From contig NC_087436.1 in NCBI RefSeq assembly GCF_036321535.1, positions 11,594,001 through 11,658,000 on the forward strand: DNA of 64,000 bases, given 5' to 3'. This DNA comes from Camelus dromedarius (taxonomy: Eukaryota). Shown piece by piece: positions 25,211 to 37,222 of this stretch. Under the pieces are notes generated by a model, which worked only from the letters and a program-made list of their open reading frames with translations, was not told the DNA's origin and ran no database searches. The translations under genes and the position numbers were made by a program. Each line of letters begins with the position of its first letter. Within the stretch, counting starts at the first letter, position 1.

Positions 25211-26608
25211 CAAGTGCAGATTTTAGAAAATGTGTGCTAATGAAAGATATAGGTTATATTTCATAATGAGGCATTTTTAGTCTAACAAGATACAAGTTTG
25301 GGGATAATTTCTGCCCTCTGCTAATGCTCTTTGGACAGCTGTTTTCTTGTTTGTTTTCATGTTATTCCTGGCAACAAGGCCCTGACATTTTCATAAATAG
25401 GTGCTTCTGATATGAGTATAAGGTGGCTGAGAAATTAATAAAAATCTGCTTTTTATCAGTACATTGACTGTAATGTTAACAGCGACTGAGCTGTGAGTTT
25501 TGTGTTCGAATGTTTTCCTAGACATCTGGAAATCTTACATCTATGGAATAAGCAGACCCTTTGGTAGTGTCTTCTAATAAACACACTGTAAATGACTCAG
25601 GATTTAAAAGATTTAAGAGATGCATAAATTATTTCCCACTATGGAATAAGTGTCCAAGCTCAAAATAAACTTGAGATCCTAATAGCCAAGCAGAAGGAGT
25701 GTACTTGTCTAAGCGAAACATCTTATGTGTAATTTGGCTTGTCAGCAACGTGAAGTAGGATGAGAGCATCTTACTTTAAAATGTGCAGCTGGGATAAGAG
25801 TGTCGCGCGGGTGCTAATTGGCTTGGGTGTCTTCTCTGTCTCTGTTCTACTTGTCTTCAGTAATCAGCAGTAGCTTTGCCCCCACTTCTTTGTTCATTGC
25901 AGAACACATCTCCACAGGGTAAAATGTTTAGGCTTTCTGTGTCTCCATATGTTGGGAATCAACATGTCTAGATGAAAAACATTTTTTTTCTGTTTAACAA
26001 AGTGATGGCATTTGAAGTTCAGTTTATTTAATCAGCTGGCACGTTCTTTTAGTTCATGTTTCTCCAAGCACAGAAAGATGCTGTTCATATGAACAAGAAC
26101 AGTAATGTGTAGCGCCTGCTTTATGTCGTACAAAACACTAGCTTGATGAAATGAAAGACCTTTCAGCCTCCCGGTGCTCAGAGGACAGGCCAGACCGGGC
26201 AGTGTCTGGCGAGTGGTGGGTGATAGTCACTGAGTAAACAGCTCCAGTTACCATCGCTGTATTGGCTGGAATTCTGGTGGTCCAGAAGGGCGTTTCTTTA
26301 CTTGTTTCTCCCCGACTTTCTTTAAAATAATAAGTGTCCATTTAAATGGTGCATATTCATTATTGAAAATTTAAAAAATACAAATTAAAAGAAGAAAATA
26401 GAAAGCCTCCATAAGACTATTAACGAGAGGTAATCCCCGTTAACAACCATGGTACGTTCCTCTAGCTCTGTCCTGTGTTGACATGTACATGTACTCGCAG
26501 AAAAGGGGATTGCACTCTACATTGTTTGGAAGTTAGCTTTTTATACTAACTATATTAGGAATGTTTTCCCAAGTCATTAACTGTTTATCTACCATATCTC
26601 TTTTAATT

Positions 26609-26934
26609 CAGTGGGCCCTCCATATCTGCAGGTTCCACATCCAACCAGCTGCAGGTTGAAAATATTAAAAAAAAAAAATTCCAGGAAGTTCCAAAAAGCT
26701 GTGTGCTGGGAATTAGTCACATAACACTTAAATTGTATTTACAACTATTTATGTAGTATTTACGTTGTACTAGGTACTATAAGTAATCTAGTGATGGTTT
26801 GAAGTATGTGGGAAGTATGTGTAGGTTATATGCAAATACTACACTGTTCTATAGAAGGGACTTGAGCATCCACGGATTTAGGTGCCCTTGGGGGGTCTTG
26901 GATCCAATCCCCCATGGAAACTGTGGGACAGCTG
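26609..26934 (-). mobile_element. MER2-type (TcMar-Tigger) non-autonomous DNA transposon
   Basis: Terminal inverted repeats cagtgggccctccatatc... / ...gaaactgtgggacagctg; internal gtaggttatatgcaaatactac...agggacttgagcatcc. Confidence 0.8.
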
Positions 26935-27099
26935 TGCTTACAAAGTATTCACTGTTACTGATAATACAGAGTTTACTTATCTACCCCTTGTTATTGGACA
27001 TTGAAGTTCAATTCTTGATATTATAAACAGCACTATAATACTATTATAACTAAATATGTCCACATTCACAGTTTGTTCTGTGTATGATATAATAGCCTA

Positions 27100-27605
27100 T
27101 AATAGCAGAGCTTTTGTGCAGTTAGTTTATTTGGAAAGTGATGGAAGAGGGTGACAGTGAAGTGAGTGAATAGGGGATTTGAATTGGAAAGGAGGGAAAA
27201 CCATTTTAAGATGTGGTATAGATCAGGCCACATCTAAATGTAACGTGTTTATTCTCATCAGGACCTTTTGAGGAGCCTTATGAAATGTGTCTCAGAACTA
27301 TCCACCTGGGGAAGTGAAAAGGGGAGCATTTTCCCATCATCTTCCTTTGGACCATTCTCCACTGATTGGTGGTGGCCCCACAAGCATCGTTTCCCCTGTG
27401 CTTCCAGACTGTGCAGGTGTGAGTCCCCAGGGCACCCCCGGTAGACAGCCAGAGGGAGGGATGGTAGGGGCCGGGGTGAGGCGCTGTTAAGTTACATCTT
27501 CACAGAGGGGATCAAGTCCTGCTTGGACTTGGTTGCTGCAGTGGTGGCTTGAGCAGGAGGTGGGACCGAGAGGATTCGCAGTAGGACACAAGTGTCCCAT
27601 ATACA
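27100..27605 (-). mobile_element. ERVL-class LTR remnant (LTR16/LTR33-like)
   Basis: tgtgcagttagtttatttggaaagtgat...ggagggaaaacca; assigned by eye. Confidence 0.5.
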
Positions 27606-30600
27606 TTTTAGAAATAGCATTTGTATTTCTGGGTCAAAAGACATCCAAAATTGTACCTCTTTTAAAATACAAACACACAATAGAGTGACAAGTTAATTTA
27701 CATTCAGGTTGATTTATTTATTACCCACCTACATATTCTGCTGGTACCTGAGGATACAGCAGGGACTAAAACAGATGTGACTCTGCTGTCTTAGAGCATA
27801 TGTTGTTTTGCAGGGAGAGAGAGAGAGAGAAAATGTGGGGGCAGATACGTGAGGTCGATTCTGATAGCACTGAGTGTCACAGAGCAGGTGGAACGGAGCG
27901 GTGCTGTTAGTAGCGACCTGAAGTTTCTCCACTCAGACCCTGCTCCCACCAGGGTTTTAGCTTCTGGAATGTGGCCCTTCCTCAGTGTATACATTATATG
28001 GGAATTGATCACTGTTAGATTACTAGAATATATCATTAACATTCAGAGTATACTGCAAATGTCATTGCTTTTTCTTTGATGTTTTGGAATACACTTCAGG
28101 AGTTTAGAGTGCCTTACTTAGGGTTTTTTCAGTCAGTCATAGCAGGAATACTACTGAAGCATCTGAAAATTGAAGCATATGGAAGGTGAAAGCAGATGGA
28201 AATTTTCTATTAGATTGTAGTTCTTTGTGACTGGAGGTTTTATTGTATTGATACACTTCTGCTTCATATAAGAAGCAGCACTATTCAGCCGTTCCTTTAC
28301 TCTAGAGAGCTCAGAAAAATTAATTTTAAAAGTCATATTCTTCAGACCTCTTAATGACAATGCCCAAGATACTTTTGTGACCTAAATAGAACATTAAGAA
28401 ACCACCTCCTTACAATCAATGAGCTTCCTACCTTTGTTACTAAATGTACAGTTAGTCTGCTTTGGAGAAAATAAGCCATGGGATTATGATGGCCTCAGAT
28501 TAAAAAGCACATCCTTCATTTTCAGTGATATGTAAACACCACAGAAAATCAGAATGGTACCAGACATTGAAAGATTAGAACACTTAAATCTGATCTCCCA
28601 AGTCAGTAATTTATGTGTCATCTTCATTACTTTGCTATATTCACTAGTGCTGATGCCAGTAATGTTTTTCTCTACATGACTCAAGTTTTGCTTAAATAAA
28701 TTTACTTAAGAAAGGATTTATCTTCCTGAAATAAATAGTAACTTTAAAAACTTATTCCTGACTATCAACGTGAGAATGTTCCTGTGTGCCATCTAAAAGC
28801 TCCTAGAAGACTTGACCTGCCAGGTGCGTGATCTTGGGCAGGTTACCAGCTTCTCCCAGGCTCTGTATTCATTGTGTCTAATGGAGGGAGTGAGATGTTG
28901 CCTGCCCAGTGCTTAGTACTGGGCCCGACGTAGTAATTACTCAGTTAATGGAAGACGCTGCAAGAATGCGATGTCGAAATGATTATTGTCTTTATTACCC
29001 TTGCTGAAAAGAGCAGTATTGCAGATTTAGAAATTAAACAAGCCCTCCATTCAACACCTACAGAGGAGGCTCAGGATAGTGGAAAGAACAGTAGACCAAA
29101 GGGTTGGCGAATTTTATTTTTGGCGAATTCTTATTTTTATCACTAGCTCTCTACTGACAGGTTGTACAACTTGGTCAAGTCTTTTGGCCTCTCTAGGACT
29201 TGGTTTTTTCGTCAGACAAATTAGGAGGTTTGATTTGATTTGATCCCAAGGCATCCAGCTCATAGACTGCTAGCTCTTTGGTTCTGATTGTGAGATATGG
29301 TTAACCTGAAATTTGGAGCATATTTTGTTTGTTAGCTGGTTGTCTAATACACGGAGTAATCTGGACAGTGGGTGTGGCCCCAGCTACCTTCCAGTTTTCG
29401 TCATGAGTGACTGATGGTCGTCAGGGGTCATGTCAGTAAGCTTGGGCCAATTATTAATTGTTTTTAAAGCTGCATATAATTAATTTAAAATTCTGAGCTA
29501 TTGAAGTTTAGTCATAGGAAAATTATGTCATAAAACTTAGGCATTTTGAAGGATTTACTGATAAAAAAGGAAAATATAAATAAATTTGTTATATATATTT
29601 TACATTTAGTTATATTTAATATATGTTTGCCAAGTGTGGAACCACTTGATCCATCACTACCATCATTAAAAAAAAAATTGTATGTGAATTTCTAACGATG
29701 TGGCCTACAGCTGAAATAACTTTTATATTCCTGGCCTGCATGACTTGTTATATCCTTTCCAGATCTGAGATTCTACAATTTTGTGAGTTTTAATCTCCTG
29801 ATAAAGTAGATCTGAGCTTGGTAGTGATGAAGTTGAAGTCAAGGAAGCAAAATAAAAATTTTTTAAATCTGCTATAGCTGCCTTTTTAGATGGATGTGTA
29901 TATAAATGTGGGTGTGTATGTGTATGTTAGCATAGGATAAACCAATCACTGATTTTTGTTTTCACTTAATATATCTTAGAAATTGTCCCATTCGTATAGT
30001 TTCCTCATTCTTTCGAATGGCTGCAGAGGGTTCTGTCGAATGGGTGATCGTTAGTGTTTAACCAGTCTCCTTATGGTGGGCATTGAGACTTTTTTCTAGC
30101 TTCTGCTATTACCCACAATAACCCTCTAGTGAAAGTCTTGCGTATGTGAGCTTTTTTACATCTGTGGGTTAAATTCCTGGATCTGAGGATATGTACATTC
30201 GTAATTTTGATTAAATAGACAAATTGCTCTTCCTGGAGGTTGAACCAGTATACACACCCACCAGTAGTATGTGAGTGAGTCTGCTTCTGCTCAGCAACTT
30301 CTCCCCTCTGAGAATCGCTCTCTCTCTATTACCAAGCAATTTGAATACTGCTGCAGTACACTGTGTTGTGTCTGGGAAGATGCTGATCAGATGGGTGATC
30401 ATCACTGTTTGTGCAAATTTCACAGAGATTGAATCTTACACTGAAGACTACTTTCTTAACTATATGTATTTGCTGAATTAAATGGCTGCACAGTTAAGCA
30501 TCTTGGAACATACTTTACGTTACTTCAGAGCACAATTAGACCAGTGTAGAAAAACTCCAATTTGCAGATTATCAGCAACTAAAGCCTTCCATGGAGATTG

Positions 30601-31977
30601 ATTCCCATTACATAATAAAGCACACTATACATGTTATACAAGACGTTTGGCTATAAACGAATTATTTCCACTTTATTTTCCTTAAATTGAGAAGGAAAAG
30701 GCATTGTCACCAGATATTGTTTCCATGTTTTCAGAGAAAACTAGTATTAGCTGGTGGAATTGGACTAAAACATTAAACGTTGTTCCTCTAGTCCTTGCTT
30801 CATGACCGGTTGATTGTGTACGTGCAGGCGCACACACAGACTTTAGATCTAGACTTAGAGCTGCTGTGGTTCCTTTAAGAAAATAGAGTAGATTGTGTTA
30901 CAGAAAGACACGGATGCACTTACTCTTCCACGCTTGGGACTTCCCACGTATGTTTAGGAAAACCGTAAAGGATATTCAAAACTACTATTTCTTTTCTCTT
31001 TGGGCTGCTGCTTGGTATACATGAAAGTCAGTCCCTGGAGGAACTTAGGTCTTACTTATTTTTTATGTTAATATGCCATGTGACCTTTTCTATTTTCTGA
31101 AAGTTGAGGTTTTTTTTTTTTTTTCTTTTAGCTTTTATAGAAGAACTTGCAAACTTCTTTTTTATGAAGTTTTCCAATTTGACTTTCAAATACGGTCTCT
31201 AATATAGCATCATACTAATTCACTTATAGGGAAAAATATTTCCATCATTGACCTATTTGAAAAGATGTGGTATTTATAGTGACGATACTGGTTAAATCTC
31301 AAAGAATAACCTAATTAATACAAAATCTCTTGGAGGAGTTATTCAAATAAAAACACAAATTAAAAAGTTATTACTAGGCAATTACTTTTTATGTTTTCCT
31401 TTTTAGCAGATATGTTACATTTTAGAGAAATTAGTCTGCTTGTAGTTAGAGACTGTTTAAAATTTAAAGGTTTAAAATTGTCCTCCCCCTCTAAGGAAAG
31501 CAGTCTGTGGTATTTCAGACAGTGGAAAATCAAAGTGAGGCTGGGTTGTGGCATATGTTACTCTGTGCTTAACTCTTCCCCCCAAATCACTGAAGTTTAT
31601 GACTACTTGAACTACTAAGGGAACAAAAAGATTTTCACTGAACCACAGCACCCCCTAGCATCCTAATAATTTATGTTTTTAAAATTCAGTGGAGCATTTT
31701 GTTTATGCTTATAAAAAGAACCGTTGACCTAATACGATCTGATATCTGTTAATTCTTGTGACCAAGAAGAGACCTTTGAAAGATTCCATAGAAAAATATG
31801 GGGAATGTAAGGAGTCATCACCCTTTTTACAAATGATTGTTACCTTACTTTTCTCTGGGATGCTTGTGTCTGGATGCAGATCATGAGCTGTGGCTGGACC
31901 CCTGAGCCCGCTGTAGGCGTGGGGAATGGTGACACTTTTCTAGTCAGTTTCTAACCATGCTTACTTGTGTATTACAG

Positions 31978-32140
31978 GTACTTCTCCCAGCAGCTGGTCT
32001 GTTACAGTTACAGGATGTGAAGAAGACTTGCTGTGAATTTTTGGAATCTCAGCTTCATCCTGTCAACTGCTTAGGAATCCGGGCTTTTGCTGATATGCAT
32101 GCATGCACAGACCTCCTGAACAAGGCCAACACCTATGCAG
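31978..32140 (+). CDS. KLHL2: KLHL2 coding exon (BTB end/BACK start; probably exon 5), 163 bp, phase 0 to 1, GC donor
   Basis: Acceptor gtattacag|GTA; encodes [54 protein letters not shown]; ends GCAG|gcaagt and joins the next exon as G|AG (Glu). Confidence 0.96.
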
Positions 32141-33229
32141 GCAAGTGGAATAGACCTCGGCTGAGTCTGAGACAGGGAAGAGTCTGGAACTCTTGAGTTC
32201 TGGTATGATTCTATAGTGATTTCTGGAAATTTATATCATGTTTCTGGATCTGGACTTCATAAAAATACATTTCAAATCTTACAGTGGTTTGGTAGCACTG
32301 CATAATTGAAGCATGCTCATAGAATTCTGAACTTAAAAGAAAAAAAATTACACGTGGTATGGTATTAGGCCTGAATACTGAATCCCTTTGTATTTTTCTT
32401 TCAAACTGTCAAATTAATAGGCACATGAGAAAGTGTTTACATATGAAATGAATTCATTTTATCTCTGTGGCTTTTTACTCCCTTTCTTGCATCCATGAAA
32501 ACAATCTTGTGGCTTAAAAATATTCAAAGCAATGAGTCTGGTTGCCTTTGGGTGGGGTAGAAAAGTTGGTCCCAAATATAGGCAGCTCTCTTCTTAGATT
32601 AAATGCTGGTTTCCAGGACCTCCCGCTGGCATCCTCTCCTTGTGGTGGGCAGAGGCCTGTGACTGTCCAGCTGGGGAGAAGAGATTCTTCTTACAACTTC
32701 AGGTGTAGATAAAGGACACGAAAGTAACTTATAATTTATTTTGCTCTGAATTTATAAACATTTTAAAAATTCATATTAAAAGTGATTATTAGGAAGTTTC
32801 CAATTTTTTAAAACCATTTTTCTAGAAGATAAACCTGGTAGAAGTTATAATCCCTCATCTCTACCCTGTAATTGTGAAACCCGATAGGGACAGTTACTAT
32901 CGAACGTTCCAGGACCAGTGCTCCCTAATAAGCTCTAGAACCCCAACTTCCTCCAGCCTTCAGATAGTCACAAGAGCCACTCATCTGAACAGTGCTCCGC
33001 TGTGCGTGCTCTGATAACTAAGGGGCATTTGGCACGTAGACCCAAGGAAGGGGTCGTGTGTGTGTGTATGTTTGTGCACATGCATGCACGTGTGTGTAGA
33101 GAGCATAGGACAGGAGAAATATTCCTGGAATCCCGACTGCATTTATCAAAGAAACAGAGGTGCAAGTTGGTTAGTTGAGGGGAACAAAACCCACAGTGCT
33201 GCAGTAAAACATAGTAGGTCTGTGCTTTG

Positions 33230-33370
33230 TGGATTTCCGTGGGGTGGCTGTTTGGCTTAGTTACCCTTTATAAAATTGTTTCAGTGGGAAATGTGATCTG
33301 AGTTCCAGAAAGTTTATTTACAGATGAACTTTTAGAACACAGCCCTTCTGTAAGTTGGGGAATGCCTGTA
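33230..33370 (-). mobile_element. Tigger-family DNA transposon end
   Basis: Reverse complement reads tacaggcattccccaacttacagaagggctgtgttctaaaag, resembling a Tigger terminus with TA target. Confidence 0.5.
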
Positions 33371-34965
33371 ATATGTAACAATTTTCATATTATCCTTTTG
33401 AGTGGGATAAAGAATTTTAAGAAAAACCAAAGGCAAATTTGGATTCATTGATGTGTTCCATTGCAGCCAATTCTGTTCTTGAGCTTAAAGGAAAATATTT
33501 ATTCTAAATCCATAAGATCCATTAATTGCTGGACATAATGAACCTGCTGTAAGTGATTTATATTAGGAAAACAGAGGAGACCTGTATACTATTTGGATAG
33601 TTTCTTTTGCATATAGCAAGCGCTATTTAATGTATCTTTCCTGGGCTACTGGTTGCCTCATGGTGCTTGATAAATGTTACTGAATTGTAAGATATAAGGA
33701 GGGGGCTGGGGAGAGAATGAATAAAGCAGGATTAATGCAAAAGAGTCCACACTTAGTTCACATGATGTGCTTTAGAACTCTTAGTTTTACTGATCTCGGA
33801 ACCAACTCAGTTACTGTGTTTTTAAGAGATAATTAGATTTTATTATGTTTTTCTTTTATTTAAAATCCTAAATTTATTGCGATATACTTCAGAATTTGAA
33901 CAATTTTCTGCCAGAATTAGACCACCTCTACATCTTAGTTTATAGAGACTCAGAATTATGCCAAGAATTTTTCATGGAAAAACTGTCCCTTTCAACAAAA
34001 TTACAAAGGAAAATTTATTCTTCATTTTTAATGAACTGTATTTTAAATCAAAATCTCATTTTTAAAAATGCGCTGCTTTTACACTATGTGCCTGAATCTT
34101 AAAATTGCTCGTTTCTTAAATTTATAAGTAACATTTTACAGCATCTTTTATTATGAAAAGTTGCAACACTTACAAAAAAAACAGTACTCAACGGGCGGTT
34201 GAAGTGGGTTTGTGGATAATCTTGTTTCAGCTACACTCTTCTCAACTTCCCCCCCTTCTGTTACTATTTTTTATATGTAGACTTTTTAATGTAGTCTAAT
34301 GATCATATCAAAAAGTACGCAAATCATAAATCTACGGCTTGATGAAATTTTGCATCCTCTTATACTATTTTGAAGCAATTCAGTCATATTATTTCAGCTA
34401 TATATTTTGTCTTTATAATTTTAAAGAATAAAATGCAGTGACCAACTTCATATAATTGAGCTATTTCTATAACTTGTATTGATAACTAGTTGCAACAAAC
34501 TTTCTAAAGTAAATAACCCAGTTTAATACTAAACTGAAATAGTCGTTCTTCACAGTGAAAATATCTTGATTGCTGTTTGTATCTTAAGCAAACAGGAGGT
34601 GGGGAGACAGAGTCTGTTCATAAAGATATCTAGAATTCTCTTTTTCTGCCATAAGAAATAATTGTTTTTCAGTCCTTCCCTCTTTTATTTTTACAATTCA
34701 AGCACTTTTGTGTCCAGAAAGCCTACCCAAACTTCTAAATTATTTTCAAGTTCAAATTGTAGAGCGTGTGAATAAAACTAGGAGAGTGAAGTTGCTCCCA
34801 GAAAAGCGGTAATAGAGGTAATAAGACATTTTTCTTATTTTCTTTAAAATGTCTTATTTTTTCTCTTCCCTGTCTGAGGCAGTGGGCTAAGTTGGGCCTG
34901 TTACAGGCCTGTCTAGGCAAGAAAGAAGGAAAGGAAGAAATAAGGGGCAGTAGTAGAGTTCGTAG

Positions 34966-35006
34966 GTACATACGTACGTACATACATACATACATACGTG
35001 CGTACA
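34966..35006 (+). repeat. Compound (TACA/TACG)n microsatellite
   Basis: gtacatacgtacgtacatacatacatacatacgtgcgtaca. Confidence 0.85.
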
Positions 35007-37222
35007 CGGAAAGGGGGAGGAGAAAGGGCTGAAGGAGAGAGAAGATGGAAAAGGGAGGAGAGTTTCAAGACCTCAGGGTACTTTCTGATCTGAGGTGGGA
35101 CTGCTTCAGAGACAGGGGCACTCCTCCTCTGAAAACGCACCAGAGATTCTGGACGTGAGACCTGCTTCACTCCTTTCTCTTGTAGATTGGAGGTGAGCTC
35201 TCTAGTGTTCATTATAACTAAGTTAAATTGTACAGGTGTAGTGAAAGAATTAAGATGTTCCATGGAAATCTCTTCTGTGAACTCGTGCTTAATTTTTATA
35301 ATAGCAACATCTTTAGAAAAAGTAAAAACGTGGGATACCAAGTGGGGAGGGTAGGAGGTATGGGGTCTGTGCTCCCCGTCCTGGTGGCCCCTCCCGTGGC
35401 TTCAGTCACGGCCTGTCACTCTGGCCTGCACTGCTTTTCCAGTGTGTCATGAGCAGCCTCAAACCAGAGATAGTCAAGGGCCATGAGGCCAGGTGACTTG
35501 AGTGTTGAAGCCTGGTGCTCTGGACTGTAGTCAGCCTTTGTTACGCTCTTGAATGATTTTTTTATTAGCTAGAAAGCTGTATGAAATTATTTTTTCATAC
35601 CTAAAAAGGAAAATTTTCACACCTACTCCAAGTGTGTGGACTTCTTTGGCGAATGCAGGTTTGTGGACTCCTACTTGTCATGTGTTTTGAGTGGTGTCCA
35701 TTTTTTACTCATTTCCCAAATCATTAAGACCTCTGTTTTGAGCATTTTTGCTGGCCTGAAAATGCAGAGGAGAAAAAGACTGAACTTACCGATTTAGATG
35801 CATTTTTATAGTCCCAGCAAAAGATTCTTTTGGAAGTTAGACTTTAATTTGAAATATGAATGTAATGTTAACCTTCCTGGTTGATGAACAGAAGTTGCCA
35901 GTGGTTGAATTAGAAGAATGTCCAACAAATTTAGGAAAACATTAAGTCTCAGATTCTTAGTCATTCACCTCACCACTCCCCATACTAAACATTTGTGAAA
36001 CTACTTAATATCTGTTCTGACTAGCCTTCGGGGAAATTTTTAGTATCATTTTCAAAGCAGTGCTCTAGTGGAAGCTCCAGGCTTGATAAACACTTGGCGT
36101 TTCTCAGGAACAGGGCTGCCTGTGAAGAAGTCCTTTTCTCCAGTCACTGACATGCTTCCAGTTTATTTCCTGTTCTCTTCTTGCTCTTAACCCTGCTGTC
36201 TGCTAAAACACCCTAGGCCTGTCCAGGCACCCCAGACTGCCCTGCTTTTAGCCTTCCCATTATGCTTGTACAATGATCAAACATTTTTATGTGCCCAACT
36301 CTTTTCATGTGTGTCCCCACTTTGCTTTTGCATGTTGGGGACAAACTTCTTTAAGGTGCAGCCGCCCACCCCCCGACTCACCAGGAAGGTAGGTAGAAGC
36401 GTAGACTTGCAGGCTGCTGTTCCGTCACTGTCACCATCCCTGGTTCTGCACTGGCTGGCAGTCTGCAGCATTCTCTGCAGCCCAGTGTCTCTCTAGGCTT
36501 CCAGGCATGCTTCAGTCTGACAGCTAGATTGTCTATTTACTTTGTTTCTCTTGCCATCAGCAACTTCAAAATCTGTACTGTTGGCTCCCGTGAGATTCCC
36601 TCTTCCTACCTCCTATGACCATTGTCTTCTCTTCCCATTTGCCATTTTAGAGCACAGCTCTAGGGCATGTGGAACTTTGTTGGTATTTGGAACTCCAAGG
36701 TCTCAGCCTTTGTGCTTTCCATATTCCTGCCTTCTCATGCTCTTGTATTTCTTCATAAATCTGTGCTCTGGTCCCAGTTCTCCCTGTCATCTCTTGGCTG
36801 CTCAGCTTAGACCCAGTGGTCAGTCCTTTTAAAGTCCTTTATGTGCGTGGTATTCCTGAAACTGCTGTGGGTGATAACAGGTTCAATACGATTTAACCCC
36901 TGCTTACAAGGAATTTATAGGCCAGTAATAGTCAATTCACACCCAAACTTAGTATATCCAGAGTATTCCTTATTCTCTGTGAAAGCTGGTCCCATACCTC
37001 TGTCTTCTGCAGTCAATTTACCTCAATCATGTGCCCATCCTTCTGTGATTAAGGCTAGGAATCACTGCTTGGGGTAAGAATCTGTAAAAATGAGTTCATG
37101 ATTTTGAAAGCTGCCTTGAAAGAAAGTTGAGAGCGTGGTTTTAATAATGGTGTCACAGCCTTGACTTTATGATATGCATACTAAGGACCAATGCTGAAAA
37201 CTCAAGGGTCTATTGCAATGTT

